In this document: positions 36,301 to 48,706 of the stretch, one piece after another
Layout: every line of letters begins with the position of its first letter
Numbering within the stretch: position 1 is the stretch's first letter
NCBI RefSeq assembly: GCF_018350175.1
Contig: NC_058368.1
Span: forward strand, 193,070,001-193,134,000
Origin: Felis catus
Lineage: Eukaryota
DNA length: 64,000 bases
Reading direction: 5' to 3'
Notes under the pieces: generated by a model
What the model saw: the letters and a program-made list of their open reading frames with translations, nothing else
What the model was told of the DNA's origin: nothing
The model's database searches: none
Translations under genes and position numbers: made by a program

Positions 36301-36568
36301 CAAAAGAGATGAACATAGGGGAAGGGAAGGAAAGATAAGAGAAAAACAGAGAGGGAGGCAACCCCTAAGAGACTCTTAAATACAGAAAAGAAACTGAGTG
36401 TTGCTGGAGTGAGGTGGGTAGGGGAATGGGCTAAATGGGTGTTGGGTATTAAGGAGGATACTTGTTGGGATGGGAGCTGGATGTTATATGTAAGTGATGA
36501 ATCACTTGGTTCTGTTCCTGAACAAATACTATACTGTGTGTTAACTAACTTAAATTTAAATAATAAAA
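33312..36568 (+). mobile_element. Carnivore/felid L1 with a 5' inversion and degraded ORF2
   Basis: 33312 to about 34384 is antisense ORF1 end plus ORF2 endonuclease region (ORF track: VAILLSDKLDFKTKTITRDEEGHYIIIK). About 34385-36568 is sense RT through 3' UTR (PTANIILNGEKL.., KLLELIHEFSKVTGYKINLQRS.., KLWKEPKCPSTDEWIKKMW). Frames are broken by stops. Confidence 0.93.
33948..34151 (-). mobile_element. CanSINE nested in L1
   Basis: TSD TGAATCTCGTTTTTT (33933-33947) / TGAATCTTGTTTTTT (34152-34166). Confidence 0.94.
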
Positions 36569-37378
36569 GAAGATCTGCTATTTAAACCTTGTGCCCCACT
36601 AGTAAAGGAATGAATTGCAGTATTATCTTGGCCTCTGTGAGTAGAACTTGAATTAAATCAAGTAGAAGGCGGAACTCACTGTGGGTGATGTTTATGGAAA
36701 TCATAGGCAGATATACAGCTGGACCCTAGGAAGGGGTTTAGAATGAAGACAATGAGACTTTTAGTCTTTGGACTTTTTTCCCTTTCTGAATGTCTGCTCT
36801 TACCTATATATCATTTTTTGTTAACAGTGAAAGACATTTTCCTCTTTTTCTTGGACTACAGGGATGCTAGTTTATAGCCATGTCAAAGCTCCTGAATTTG
36901 TATCTCCTCTATTCAAGAGACTTGCCTAAACTAGAATCTCTCAATTCCATTTCCAACAGAAAAGGGCCATGCATCTGTGACTTGGGGACAGAGTCATGGT
37001 GTATAAGCATGGCTTGTAGGGGCCCATGGCCTGAGGAGTAGTTAAGGGGATGCTGGGGAACTTTGCAGACAGTGTGAAGAGATGCATAGTTGCTATCATA
37101 AGCCAGGCCGTAGGCTGGTTAGAACAGGCTAACTTTGTCAGCCAAACTCTATTGAGCTTTCTCCCTTGGAATAGCCTATCTGGATTCAATCCATTTTGGC
37201 CAGGATTTCACAAGAATATCCAGAAGAGGGGAAAAAAATTGTAGTACTAATGGAACACCAAGGAAATGGACTATATGGGAAAGTGTGGAACGATTTTAAC
37301 ACACAAACTTTGGGATTAGTGGTAGATTTATTAAGAACACAGTTCTCTACTGTTTACCTTAATTATTCTCTCTCCAGC

Positions 37379-37520
37379 TAGGATTGCCAGATTTAACTGG
37401 TATGTGAGGTTATGTATGTACCATGCAATATTTAGGACATACTTATACTAAAAAAGTCTTCATTGTTTTGTTTGAAATTATAATTTAACTAAATGTCCTG
37501 TATTTTATCTGGAGATCCTA
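37379..37520. mobile_element. MER53-like hAT MITE, internally deleted
   Basis: Inverted termini TAGGATTGCCAGAT..ATCTGGAGATCCTA; internal CCATGCAATATTTAGGACATACTTATACTAAAAAA. Confidence 0.75.
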
Positions 37521-40500
37521 ACCTCAACACTATTAGTTATAATTGGAGAGGAAGGTTTGAGTACATTGAAATATATTAATCATATTTTTTTTAATTCAAG
37601 TCTTTTGGCACCTTGTGATTAAACTAATGTGTTTGGGGCATTAAATTATAAATCGTTTGATGCATATTCCTGGAAGGCAGAGCCGAGGGCAATGCAGAAA
37701 AGAGATACACCCATGGGGTAAACATTAGAACTGGGGCTAATCATTTCAATGTTCCTTTTTCTATCCTACAAACTAAACAAAACAACCCTCAGAAACCCCA
37801 TTCAGTTGTGTTTAGATTTTTAATATTAGAGATTTATTCCTTTGTCAAAAGTTTCCTACATCTTGATAAGATGAATATCTACTTAGAAAGAACAGCAACA
37901 AGGCTCACCAGGCATTTTATACCTTATCAGAGTCTTATGATGAATAAGTGGTATAGTTCCAATTACTTTGTCCTCTACCCAAAACCTAGTCAAAACTACT
38001 TGCTCCCCCTTCTACATTCCCACAGGTTTGTTTGTTTATTCATTCTACAAGTCTTTGTGGAGTACCTATCATTTATTTACCCGGCATTTTTGCTAGTTAC
38101 TAAGAAGCAAGTGATGTCCAGAACATCTCTGTTCTCACCTACCAGAATTCTCAACACTATATTATGGGTGTGTTCTCCCTGCCTACCCATAGGCTAGGGG
38201 CTCCTCAAGTCTATACCCTTGGCTGCTAGCATAGCATCTCACACAATTGTCAAATGGATACCTGATGCTTGAAGGGTTCTAGAGGGAAAAGTTCCAGAAA
38301 GTGTGGCTGATAGGCTGAAGATACCTTGGCTTCATTCATGATCTCCTGATAGGCTGGCTATTTCCAGAGGGTTGGCTCCCAATCAATCACACATGTCTGA
38401 AACATTCCAAGATGATGTGGGGCTTTTTTGCACATAGGTGGACTAGTGCTGGGCACAGCAGTGTTGGGAGAGGGGCACAGAAGTGAAGCATAGAGTCTCC
38501 AAGGGAAAAAAAAAACCATTACATTTAATGCAAGGTATGGACCACTGTTTCCACTAGACCTGCAGCTGTCTCAGAAAGTGTCTGGGGACTCAGACATGAC
38601 TTGGAGTAGCATTTCAGTAAGTATTACATTTGATATAATATAGGAAAAGGCAATTCACTTTTTCTGAAGGTGTTGATGGCTGCTCTTATTTCCAAGGAGA
38701 GTTCTCTACACTCATGACAGTTTGACTCCTTCCCTCCGAGTGCTCCCTCCTTCATCAAAGCAGTATAAACTTCCCAAGCTACAGGGAACCTTGGACATCA
38801 GAAAGGCTACCCCTTTTATTTAGCTGACCAGGGTAAACGGGTTTGGAGAGGTGAAGTTACTTGTGTGAGGCCACATAGGAAATTCATCTTTTGATTCCTA
38901 GTCTAGTACTTCATAGTCTCCATAAATGGTTTACAAACTTTTAGATTATTTTTTACAACAGTCTTTTCACAAAATCAATTTGATGAGGGATAAATATGTA
39001 CACACCCATATACATAGACACATACACATTCATACACACACACATAGTTAAGGGTGGAGTTGCTCTGATTAAAGTAGGGGTGATGACCAGCTCTACCATC
39101 CTGGTTTTCCTTTCACCCCCTTTGAAGCCTCCAATGGACCATGAGGTGTGAGGAAGGATAGCCACTACACTCTCCCACATTGTATCCTGACTTTGACCCT
39201 GAAGTTTTTTTCATAAGAAATCAAATAGATTTCTGATCATAATCATTCTAAAGTGTGAGAAGATGCTACATTTGCTCCATTTTGTCTCTAATGCAGCACA
39301 GAAATCTGGTGCGGGGGTGAAATTACAGACAGCCAGGAAGATGCCTAATACAGTTTGGGAACCAAGAAACTGATGGGAAAAACTGTCATCCCCCAGCCAA
39401 GCTGAAGGATGGAGATAACATGATCAGCATCTCTGCACCCACCCACTGCTTTTCAGTAGGAACACAATCTAGTTTCCTTCCTCTGTGTTTTGTGTTTCTA
39501 CACTCAGATTTATGATAGATAGAATCATCAAGTGCATTTTAACATAACAAGATTTCCCCCCAAAGGTAAATACCCAATACAGCTATTTCTACCTCTTGTT
39601 AGTGATAAGGAAGATGGACAAAGACACAAGACGCCTGCAATGATGAAAGCTTTTAGAGGATTTTTCCCGTGAGTGTGGGACACAGCACTATTTGTTGGAT
39701 GATTCCATCTCTGGACAGACTCTTTTATCATTCATAGATGGAGGCAGAAGCTTCTTTTTTTATTCACAATTCCCTAGGTCCTGTCTAACCTAACAAAGAT
39801 GGTGGCTTTCCTTCACTTCAGAATTGAACTTTTTAGTCTTTTAAAAAAGACATTTTTAATAGATGATTATCAGTATAATAGAATCAGAAGAAGTAAGATA
39901 CTCTTTGGAAGACACTGTTTATGCCTTCCCAGCTCCAAGCCTTTGCTATCAAGCTAACAGATGGGCCCATCTTGTTTTTCAATCTTCCCCTGGGGTTGGT
40001 ATCTGAAGTATTTTTTGGGTTATTAAAGATATTTACATGTTTAAAGGGACTGTACCTCTAGCTAAAATGCAAAAACCACTTGGGTATAAGCATAGAAAAT
40101 CTCTTCTTTCTGAGATAGAGAGCTATCAGCACCATTCAAGAAATTTTTGCATTTGGATTTTCCCTTTGTCCTTGCAGTTATTCTCAGATGATACCAAGAA
40201 TTTTTAGGCAGTCACCTTAAAAAATAAAAACAATCATCTTTTAAATACCCTAAACCCCAATCCTAAAGCAAGAGCTGTGGTAGACTACCAGAGATTTTCC
40301 CCCCCCTGCCCCCCCCCCCTCCCCCGCCCAATCCCTGGGCCATAGTACCCTTGTGTCTTTTTGATTTAAGGGCAATTTTCTTTTAACATATGATACATAT
40401 TCGCAGTTCTAACCTCATGGCCAAAGAAAAGATATATTTGCAAATGTTCCTTGAAGTAGAGGTGAGTTGTACATTTTATGTTCTGAATGACAAAAAGAGA

Positions 40501-41144
40501 GTATTTTATTACAAGGAAAGAAACTCTAGTAATAGCAAATTCTACCCTATTTAACATCAATAGAACTTGTGTGCAATAAATAATGAAATAGGAACATCCT
40601 GAAGATCAGTTCATTCAATTGCTAGCATTTGGTAATTCTGTTCTTTCTCACTGCTACAACCCTGCAAACATTGTCTATCTCCCTTACCCCTGCTGGAAGG
40701 CTCAGTTCTGCCTGACCCACTGCAGATAGCCCAAGTGAACATTCAGATTTGACATTTTTGCTATACCAGGTCACTGGTGTGGATAGGACCTCTGGAAATA
40801 CTGAGTCGCTCAGTGAGGACCTTGTGATCTCTGTCCACGTGTCCCAGCAGAGCAGCCACATTCTCTGGAAGTTCTGTCATCTCCCTTGTGTGACCATTGA
40901 AATAATTGGTACCTTTCCAGCCCTCCACAGACTTCTGGGCTGAGGGCATCATATCTCTAAGCTCCTTATATCGTGGCAGAAGTAAGTCCAGCTTTTTGTC
41001 CAAACTTTTGTGACTGTTTTGTTTTTCCTACATCCCTCTCCAAAGTGAGCACCTTTTCTCCATTCTCATTCTCATCATGGACCTGGTGGTTGCAGGAAGT
41101 TTTTTCTGCTTGTGCAAGAAAAGGCTAATAAACAATACTGTCCC

Positions 41145-41630
41145 TAGGACTGCTTACAAGATTTACCTGTGGCTGGTGTCTGAAAAGTTGGCTTTTGAGA
41201 GGTTTCCATAATTCCCTAAATGATTCTCTCACAGTGCCTAAACTGTTTGTACAAATGATGTGATTTATTCTGCACACTTGCTTTCCTTCTGGGAGTCTGG
41301 AACTTTAGAATGTGCTAGGCAGAGGGTGTCTACATGAGCAGCCTCCAGTAGAAAAGTTGGGTGCTGAGTTTCTAATGAACTTCCTGGTCCTTCACATATG
41401 TCATAATTTGATGCTGCAGGAATTGAGCACAATCCTATGTGACTCCGGTGGGAGAGGACTATTGGAAGCTTGCTCCTGGTTTCCTCTAGATTTTGCCCCA
41501 TGTGCCTTTTCCCTTTTCTCATTTTGCTTTGTATCCTATGATAAATTTTACTGTAATAAATATTAGATACATGTTGAGTCCTGTCATTCTAGTGAAGGAT
41601 CAAAACTGGGGGTGGTCTTGGGGAATCCTC
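41145..41630 (+). mobile_element. MER21-like LTR relic
   Basis: TGCTTTCCTTCTGGGAGTCTGGAA..TGTGACTCCGGTGGGAGAGGAC..GGAAGCTTGCTCCTGGTTTCCTC..CTGGGGGTGGTCTTGGGGA. Confidence 0.75.
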
Positions 41631-41966
41631 CTTTTCTAACATACTGACTCTTCAGCTTGGGACTCTAGACTCTCCAGTTGTGCATTTGTCCATAGCCTGC
41701 AATTGCTCTAACAGCTGTAGGAAGGGTTTCACTGTAGATAGTGTGGCAGTAACATTACCCTCATTCCACTTCCTTTTTCTTATTGAGGTGTGACTTACTT
41801 AAGTGAGATGTTCAAATCCTCTTATTTAACTTTTCTGATGTATTTCTACAAAAATCAGCTTTTACTGGGCAAGATTTGATGATGCTGTGGTTCTGAAGTT
41901 AAATCCTGGGGCCTATAGTTGGAACTGTAGTAGAGGTGTGTTTGCAACAGCTTGGGAGAGTCCCGT

Positions 41967-42450
41967 TGATGGTTTATTTTATGTGTTGACTTGACTGGGC
42001 CATGGTTGCCCAGGTATTTGCCAAACATTCTAGGTGCATCTTTGAGGGTGTTTGAGAGTATATCTGGATGAGATTAACATTTGAATTGGTAGATTGAGTC
42101 AAGTAGATTGCCCCCCTTAATGGGAGTGGCTCTCATCCAATCAGTTGAAGGCCTGAATAAAACAAAAGTCTGATCATCCTTTTGCCTGACTGCCTTGAGC
42201 CAGGACAACAGTCTTATCTGCCTTCAGACTTGAATTGAAACACCAGCTCCTCCTGGTCCTTTGAGCCTGTTGGACTTCAAATTGGAACTCGCATCATTGG
42301 CTCTCCTGGGTCTCCAGCTTGTCTAGTTCCTGCAGGTGTTGGGATATTTCAGCCTCCATAATTATGTGAACCAATTCCTTACAGTAAGTCTCTTTACCAA
42401 AAGAATATATATTTTCTATTGGTTAATTTCTTTGGATAACCCTGACAAAT
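41967..42450 (+). mobile_element. MLT2 (ERVL) solo LTR
   Basis: TGATGGTTTATTTTATGTGTTGACTTGACTGGGCCA..GGATGAGATTAACATTTGAATTGGTAGA..CTCATCCAATCAGTTGAAGGCCTGAATA..AACCCTGAC. Confidence 0.85.
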
Positions 42451-42990
42451 GGTCCTCAAACTAAATTTTCTTGTATCAGGCAACAAGAGGGGAAATCCCA
42501 CAGGAGGTAGGGTAACTGTCTTTCCTAGGTTCAGAGTGAACTTGTCCACAGGAGCACCAGTGCCTTCAAATAAAATTTGTTCTTGACTCTAAATTCTCAG
42601 CCATAGCTGTTATTCCCACTCTAGACCCTGAAGTACAGAACATTTTATCTCTTTTCCTTTACTATGTGTCTTTAAACTCTTTCTTAAAGCTTGTTCCCTT
42701 TTAATTTTCTTTTATTTCCTTACTTTGGATACATATGCATATTTATAATTTCATCTTGGCTGCTGTTCCCAAGTGTCTTTATACTCAAGATTGTGATTCT
42801 TGGTCCTTATTATTCTCCCTTTATTATTTTCCTTCTTTCTTTTTAATAAGGACCTATAGCTCCTTATCTGTAGCCATGGCCTACTCTTATGTATTTTCCA
42901 CAAACATTGGCACAAAACTTCAGCCATCTTTGGTAAAGACACATTGGGAGACAATATGCTCATGAGTGTTGTGCATCACGCAATGTATTC

Positions 42991-43075
42991 TAAATGTTTA
43001 TTTATTTATTTTGAGAGAAAGAGAGAGAGAGAGAGAGCATGAGCACGGGCATGGGAAGGGCAGAGAGAGAGGGAG

Positions 43076-43132
<57 letters not shown>

Positions 43133-43261
43133 AATCTGAAGCAGGCTTCATGCCATCAGTGCAGATCCTGTTGTGGGGCTCAATCCCACAAACCAGGGAG
43201 ACCATGACCTAAGCAGAAACCAAGAGTTGATGCCCAACCAATTGAGCCACCCAGGCACTCT
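42991..43261 (-). mobile_element. CanSINE with an expanded (GA)n tract
   Basis: Antisense SINE ending GAGCCACCCAGGCAC; (GA)n at about 43078-43126. Confidence 0.92.
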
Positions 43262-44414
43262 TCAGAAATATGTTCTAAAGAAAAACATTTGAAGTGGGAA
43301 AATTTACAAAGTGGTATGGAAATGAGGGTCCAACTCCTATGTATGGTGATGCCACCCACTGCAAAGGCTCAGGCCAACCCTTTTGTCTTTTTTTTCCTTG
43401 GTTTTCTCCCTATATTTTCCTTTCCAGACATTTGGTTATACTTCCCTCTGGTTCTCCAACTGTAGGCTGACTTGTATTTTTAACAAGATCCCCAGTGATT
43501 CTGACGTGCCTGATCTGAAGACCATACCACCTGATCTCCCTGCTTCCCAGTTCTTCTATGGACTTGACCTGAGAAAGCTGGGAAGGGGTTGTGGGCCGCA
43601 TCTAAACCTTGGATTGTGGGAAATTGGAGTAGTTCCTCTTGGCTTCTTTTGGTTTTGAGAAATGAGCTGAACAATACAGATAGTATTCCTGGGGGCTGAG
43701 ATGGATTCATTCAATCATTCCAACTGTTTTCCCCTGAGAACCAGGATTGAAGCAAAAAACTAGAAGGCATTGTTTCTGAGATTGTTGCTGAGTTAGAGAG
43801 AAGGGCAACGTGAACCCAAATTTAATCTGCCTCTGGGTGATGAGAGACAAAACAAATAGACACCAAAAGTAGTTAAGCAACCATTAAAGACTCCTTGTTA
43901 ATATGACTAGATGAGAAAACATTTAAAATTGACAAAAAAATGAGACAGGGATTTCAATAAAAGAGAACATTCTGAACTACATTGTAGCAAAGGATTAAGG
44001 ATTGAAAGAAGCCAATTTTTTTCAACGTTGCTAATTTGATGTGGGAGATTTTTAACAGAGACATATCAAACTGTCGGTGACATCAAAATAAAGGAGTCAA
44101 AACTGTCATGTACCCAGGGTACTTTGTGGTTACCCTCTGTGACATTGGCTTTGTCAGGAATTCCACTCCCAGAAATCTTTGGCATAAAAAGTGCATCGCT
44201 TTGTGAAGATATTAAACAGTTGGCTCAAGAAAAAAAAGAATGTAGCCAAGAGAAAGTTCTTATTATAACAGTGTCTGTTAATGCTTCCTGGAATGGTCAA
44301 GCCAGAGACAGAGAGGGGCCTCAGGGTCCATCATTCAACCTTACAGACTTGTGTTTACAGAGCTTTCACCTTGTAGAGAATCTGTCCCACAGAAGTGGGA
44401 GGCAAGCTACAAAT

Positions 44415-44730
44415 TCAAGCCACAGACTTTCAATTTTCTGATAGCTGCATTCAAGAAAAGAAAAGGAAACAGGAGAAATTCATTAAAGATATATTTTATT
44501 TAACCCAGATACATAAAAAATATTATCATGTTGGCATGTGATTAAAGTAAAAATTACTAATGACATATTTTACATTCTTTTTTTGTACTCATTGCATGTA
44601 TAAAATCCTATTTGTTTTTATTGTTGTTGTTTTTTGTTTGTTTTTATTTACAGCACATCTCATTTCAGACTCATCATATTTCAAGGGCTCAATATCCACA
44701 TGTGGATGGTGGTTAATATATTAGCAGAGT
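44415..44730. mobile_element. MER33-like hAT-Charlie relic
   Basis: ATATATTTTATTTAACCCA..ATATTTTACATTCTTTTTT..TTACAGCACATCTCA..ATTTCAAGGGCTCAATATCCACATGTGG. Confidence 0.8.
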
Positions 44731-45649
44731 TCTACAGCTTGTTTGCCTCTTCTGAGTTGCTTTGGCTGCAAAGGTGGTGCTGGCATGATTTGTGATTCAG
44801 TGAACTATAGTTCCAATTTATACAGCAAATGGAGATGTGCTTATAAAATACATTTCTGCTTTTTGTATGAATGTAGAATGTTCTATTTAAATAAATATAT
44901 CCATCAATTGGTATTGCTATAATATTTTAATGTTATTATAAAACATCACTTAAAAGTTGTAGAAATGCAAAGACTTTTCAACAAACACTCAACTATTTCC
45001 TGTTAGTACTCACTCTATAGCAGCATTGTTCTGGGAGCTGGGGATAAGAATAATGAACAAAACAGGCATAGTCACTGCCCATATGAAGCCCACATCCTTG
45101 GTTGAGGAGGTAGGTTATAATTAAACAAACTAACTTACTGTGTGTTAGGTTAGAAGTGGTATGAAGAAAAATAAAGGAAGGGGGATAGAGGGTTTTGAGG
45201 GAGACTTTACTCATAAATTCTAACATTATCCAGTAGTGATTTAAAGTCTTTCTTCTTTTTCCTCTGAGAACCTAACAGAGACATACTTTTATGCCCATTT
45301 TTCATCTCATTACTTCAGTGACTATCTATTCCTTCCTCCCAAAATCTAGAGCTCCTGGAATTAAAGGCACTGTATTTTATTCTTTCTGGTGCAGATGTTA
45401 ACATGTCTAGGGAGAATTATCCAACTGATATTTTGAAGTTCAAGGAAAAATGCTTTTGAAATTTTTCAATTTTAGTTCTATGCTCACTGGTAGCAATGGG
45501 AAATAAAAATGAATGATGAGAGCATTAGTTTGCATGAAGCCTTAAGACGTTCTAGATCTAAACCATGAAAATTATTTACTATCACTATGTTTTTCCTTTC
45601 TGAGGTGACTTTGCTCCTATCACTACTTACATATTGCTCCAATTTGTCA

Positions 45650-46310
45650 AGATTTTGACAACTGAAACACAATTCAAGCCATTAAATCCTTAAAAGGGCA
45701 TTTATTGGCTTTCATAACTGTAAAGCCTTCAGGTATAGCTACATCTAGGTGTTCAAATGAAATCACCAGGGATTTGTTTCTCTACCTCTCAGCCATGATT
45801 TTTACTATATTGCTTCACCCAGGAAGGGATTTTTCCATGTGTTGGTAATAGGGTTTACAGCCTGCCAGCTTAGCAACCCATGTGAAGATGCCCTTTTCTG
45901 CGGGTGCCTGGGTGGCTCAGTCAGTTAAGCATCCGATTCCAGACCAGGTCATGATCTTGTAGTTCATGAGTTCAAGTCCCCCATTGGGCTCTGTGCTGAC
46001 AGCTCAGAGGCTGGAACCTGCTTCTAATTCTGTGTCTCCCTCTCCCCACTTGTGCACTCTCTCTCTCTTTCAAAAATAAATAAATATTAAAAAAAGAAAA
46101 AAAGAAAATACCTTTCCCCCAGTGGATTCAGCAAGGGTTTCTAGTGGCTTTCAATGCCTGTGCCTATCCATGGGGGATTCAGTGTTATGACTGGCCTATC
46201 ATAGGTCACATGTTCACTTTTAGAGATGTGGTGGAATTAGTCCCTTAATTAACACATCATCTGAAAATTGAGGAGAGGTGCTTCTATCAGAAGAAAGTAG
46301 AGTGGTTGCT
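45650..46310 (-). mobile_element. Ancient MLT1 (K/L-like) relic containing a SINE
   Basis: AAAGGGCATTTATTGGCT..CTTCAGGTATAGCT..CAAATGAAATCACCAGG; a similar element lies at about 58548-59020. Confidence 0.55.
45901..46103 (+). mobile_element. CanSINE
   Basis: GGGTGCCTGGGTGGCTCAGTCAGTTAAGC head, (CT)n tract, AATAAA and A tail. Confidence 0.93.
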
Positions 46311-46317
46311 GGGAAGG

Positions 46318-46371
46318 CAAACAAACAAACAAAAACCAAGCAAAACAAGACAGACAGACAGAAAGAGAAAG

Positions 46372-46426
<55 letters not shown>

Positions 46427-46440
46427 AAAGAAAGTAAAGA
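46318..46440. repeat. Compound (AAAC)n/(AGAC)n/(GAAA)n microsatellite
   Basis: Directly visible. Confidence 0.92.
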
Positions 46441-47116
46441 AGGGAAAATGTTCACACCATGGACTAGCTATGACAGGTATGACAGGCAGCATGATTTGAA
46501 GAAAGAGCACTGTGCTCCAAGCCAAAAGACTAGGTCTGGGTACTCTATATTCTATAAATTACTAAGAAGCTATTTTACATTCTTAAATGTCACTTGTGGA
46601 GGGGGGATAATATTCCTTGTTCCACTTAATTTATATGGCTGTTGGGAGAATAAATTTTGATCAAGAATGTATAAAAGATGTGCACATCTTAAACTATAGC
46701 ACAAATATTTTCTAATCCACAATCACTGGTTCCTTTATCAACCAATTGTAATTCAAGAGACTAGATGAGGAAATGCTTCCTGTTCAAACACTTTGAGTTA
46801 TGGAAATTATAGCTATAGAGGAACTAATTTTTAAAGACATTAAAAATGGAATTTGCTAAGGTTTTAAACCAGAGATATAAAGTAGCTTTTATACAGTAAG
46901 CAATAGGAGGAAATAGATAGAAGATTTTTCAGATTCTGTTTTCAACTTCTCACTCTTAATTTCCCTTTCCATTTAGGAGCAGCTGTTTGCCTGTCCTCCC
47001 CTTTGGCTCCCAGGTTGCTCAATTAGTGCCTTGAAAAGAAGTACATGAGTAGATAACCCCACAGGAGCAAGAGATTCTGTTAGTATCTAGCTCAGTTGGC
47101 AGTACCCTAAATATTT

Positions 47117-47512
47117 TGCATTAGTCTAGGTCTTCCAAGAAACAGAAGCCAATATGGGATTAAATGTCCAAGGATTTCATTAGGGGAAACAACTTAGAAA
47201 AAAATGCAGAGGGAGGCAGGAGAGTCTGGGGGAGCGATCAGACTGCAACAGAAATCTGACTCCTAATGAAGGGGAGAAGCAAAGAAGTCTTCGTAAAAGC
47301 ATCATAGACTAATGTGCAGTCAAAGGAAAGCTCAGCAAGGCTATCAAGGAGTCCTGTATCTCCAGGAATGGGCTTCCATAATATCCCTGCCATACTCAGT
47401 CATTGTTTCGGAGCAGTCCATTTGAAACTTGTGGATTTAATCAGCAGGGGCCTTTGCTGAATTATGCTCCCTGTAGTTGCAGATATGTGAAGTACATTTG
47501 CATGGCCACCAC
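47117..47512 (-). mobile_element. LTR16-like ERVL LTR relic
   Basis: TAGTCTAGGTCTTCCAAGAAACAGAAGCC..GATCAGACTGC..TCTGACTCC..TATCCCTGCCATACTCAGTCATTG..CATGGCCACCAC (from recall). Confidence 0.55.
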
Positions 47513-47799
47513 GTCTTTAATTCTTTTTTTTTCCACTTGTTTAATCACTAGGTATATATTGGGCATCTAATATGGTCAGGCACCCTTAAGGCATTGGAGA
47601 TCTAGTAATAAATAAGACAGAAGAAGTCTCTACCTTAATTAAGCTTACATTGTAGTAGTCTGATTATCAACTTTCCATTGGACTCCCCTGGGTTTTATGT
47701 GTCTTTCATAGACTTATAAACTATCTACTCTCTCATTTCTGTGTACTCCTTACCTATATTATTTCTGGCTTGATTGTTAAACTCAGATCATCTGATCTT

Positions 47800-48028
47800 T
47801 TTTTTTTTTTTAATTTTCTTTTTTTGAACGTTTATTTATTTTTGGGACAGAGAGAGACAGAGCATGAATGGGGGAGGGGCAGAGAGAGAGGGAGACACAG
47901 AATCGGAAACAGGCTCCAGGCTCTGAGCCATCAGCCCAGAGCCTGACGCGGGGCTCGAACTCACGGACCGCGAGATCGTGACCTGGCTGAAGTCAGACGC
48001 TTAACCGACTGCGCCACCCAGGCGCCCC
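47800..48028 (-). mobile_element. Young felid CanSINE (SINEC_Fc-like)
   Basis: CpGs largely intact, long T tail. Perfect 16-bp TSD CAGATCATCTGATCTT (47784-47799 / 48029-48044). Confidence 0.97.
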
Positions 48029-48253
48029 CAGATCATCTGATCTTAAGGATCAAAAACAAAACTAGAGAAATTGTAATATTGTCTAGTCCCAAAGGTTAAG
48101 TTTCAGGATTAGTACAGAGGAGGATTGAAGCCCCTCATCCATCTGTAAGCTCTGTCTGGAAAGTTTTCATTAGCAAGATTATCTAATCACATTTGGAAAG
48201 AAGTGAAATTTCTTATCCTAGCATAAAAATACCTATTTGATCATGCCTCTTCT

Positions 48254-48706
48254 TTTTTTTTAATTTATTTTTAAAATTCACATCCAAGTTAGTTAGCATA
48301 TAGTGCAACAATGATTTCAGGAATAAATTCCTTAATGCTCCTTACCCATTTAGCCCATCCCCCTTCCCACAACCCCTCCTGTAACTCTCCATTTGTTCTC
48401 CATATTTAAGAGTCTCTTATGTTTTGTACCCCTCCCTGTTTTTCTATAATTTTTGCTTCCCTTCCTTTATGTTCATCTGTTTTGTATCTTAAATTCCTCC
48501 TATGACTGAAGCCATATGATATTTGTCTTTCTCTGAGTGACTAATTTCACTTAGCATAATACCCTCTAGTTGCATCCACATAGTTGCAAATGACAAGATT
48601 TCATTATTTTTGATTGCTGAGTGATACTCCATTGTCACATCTTCTTTATCCATTCATCTATCAATGGACATTTGGGCTCTTTCCATACTTTGGCCATTGT
48701 TGATAG
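48254..48706 (-). mobile_element. 5'-truncated felid L1 3' end
   Basis: Perfect 17-bp TSD TTGATCATGCCTCTTCT (48237-48253 / 48707-48723). Confidence 0.95.
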
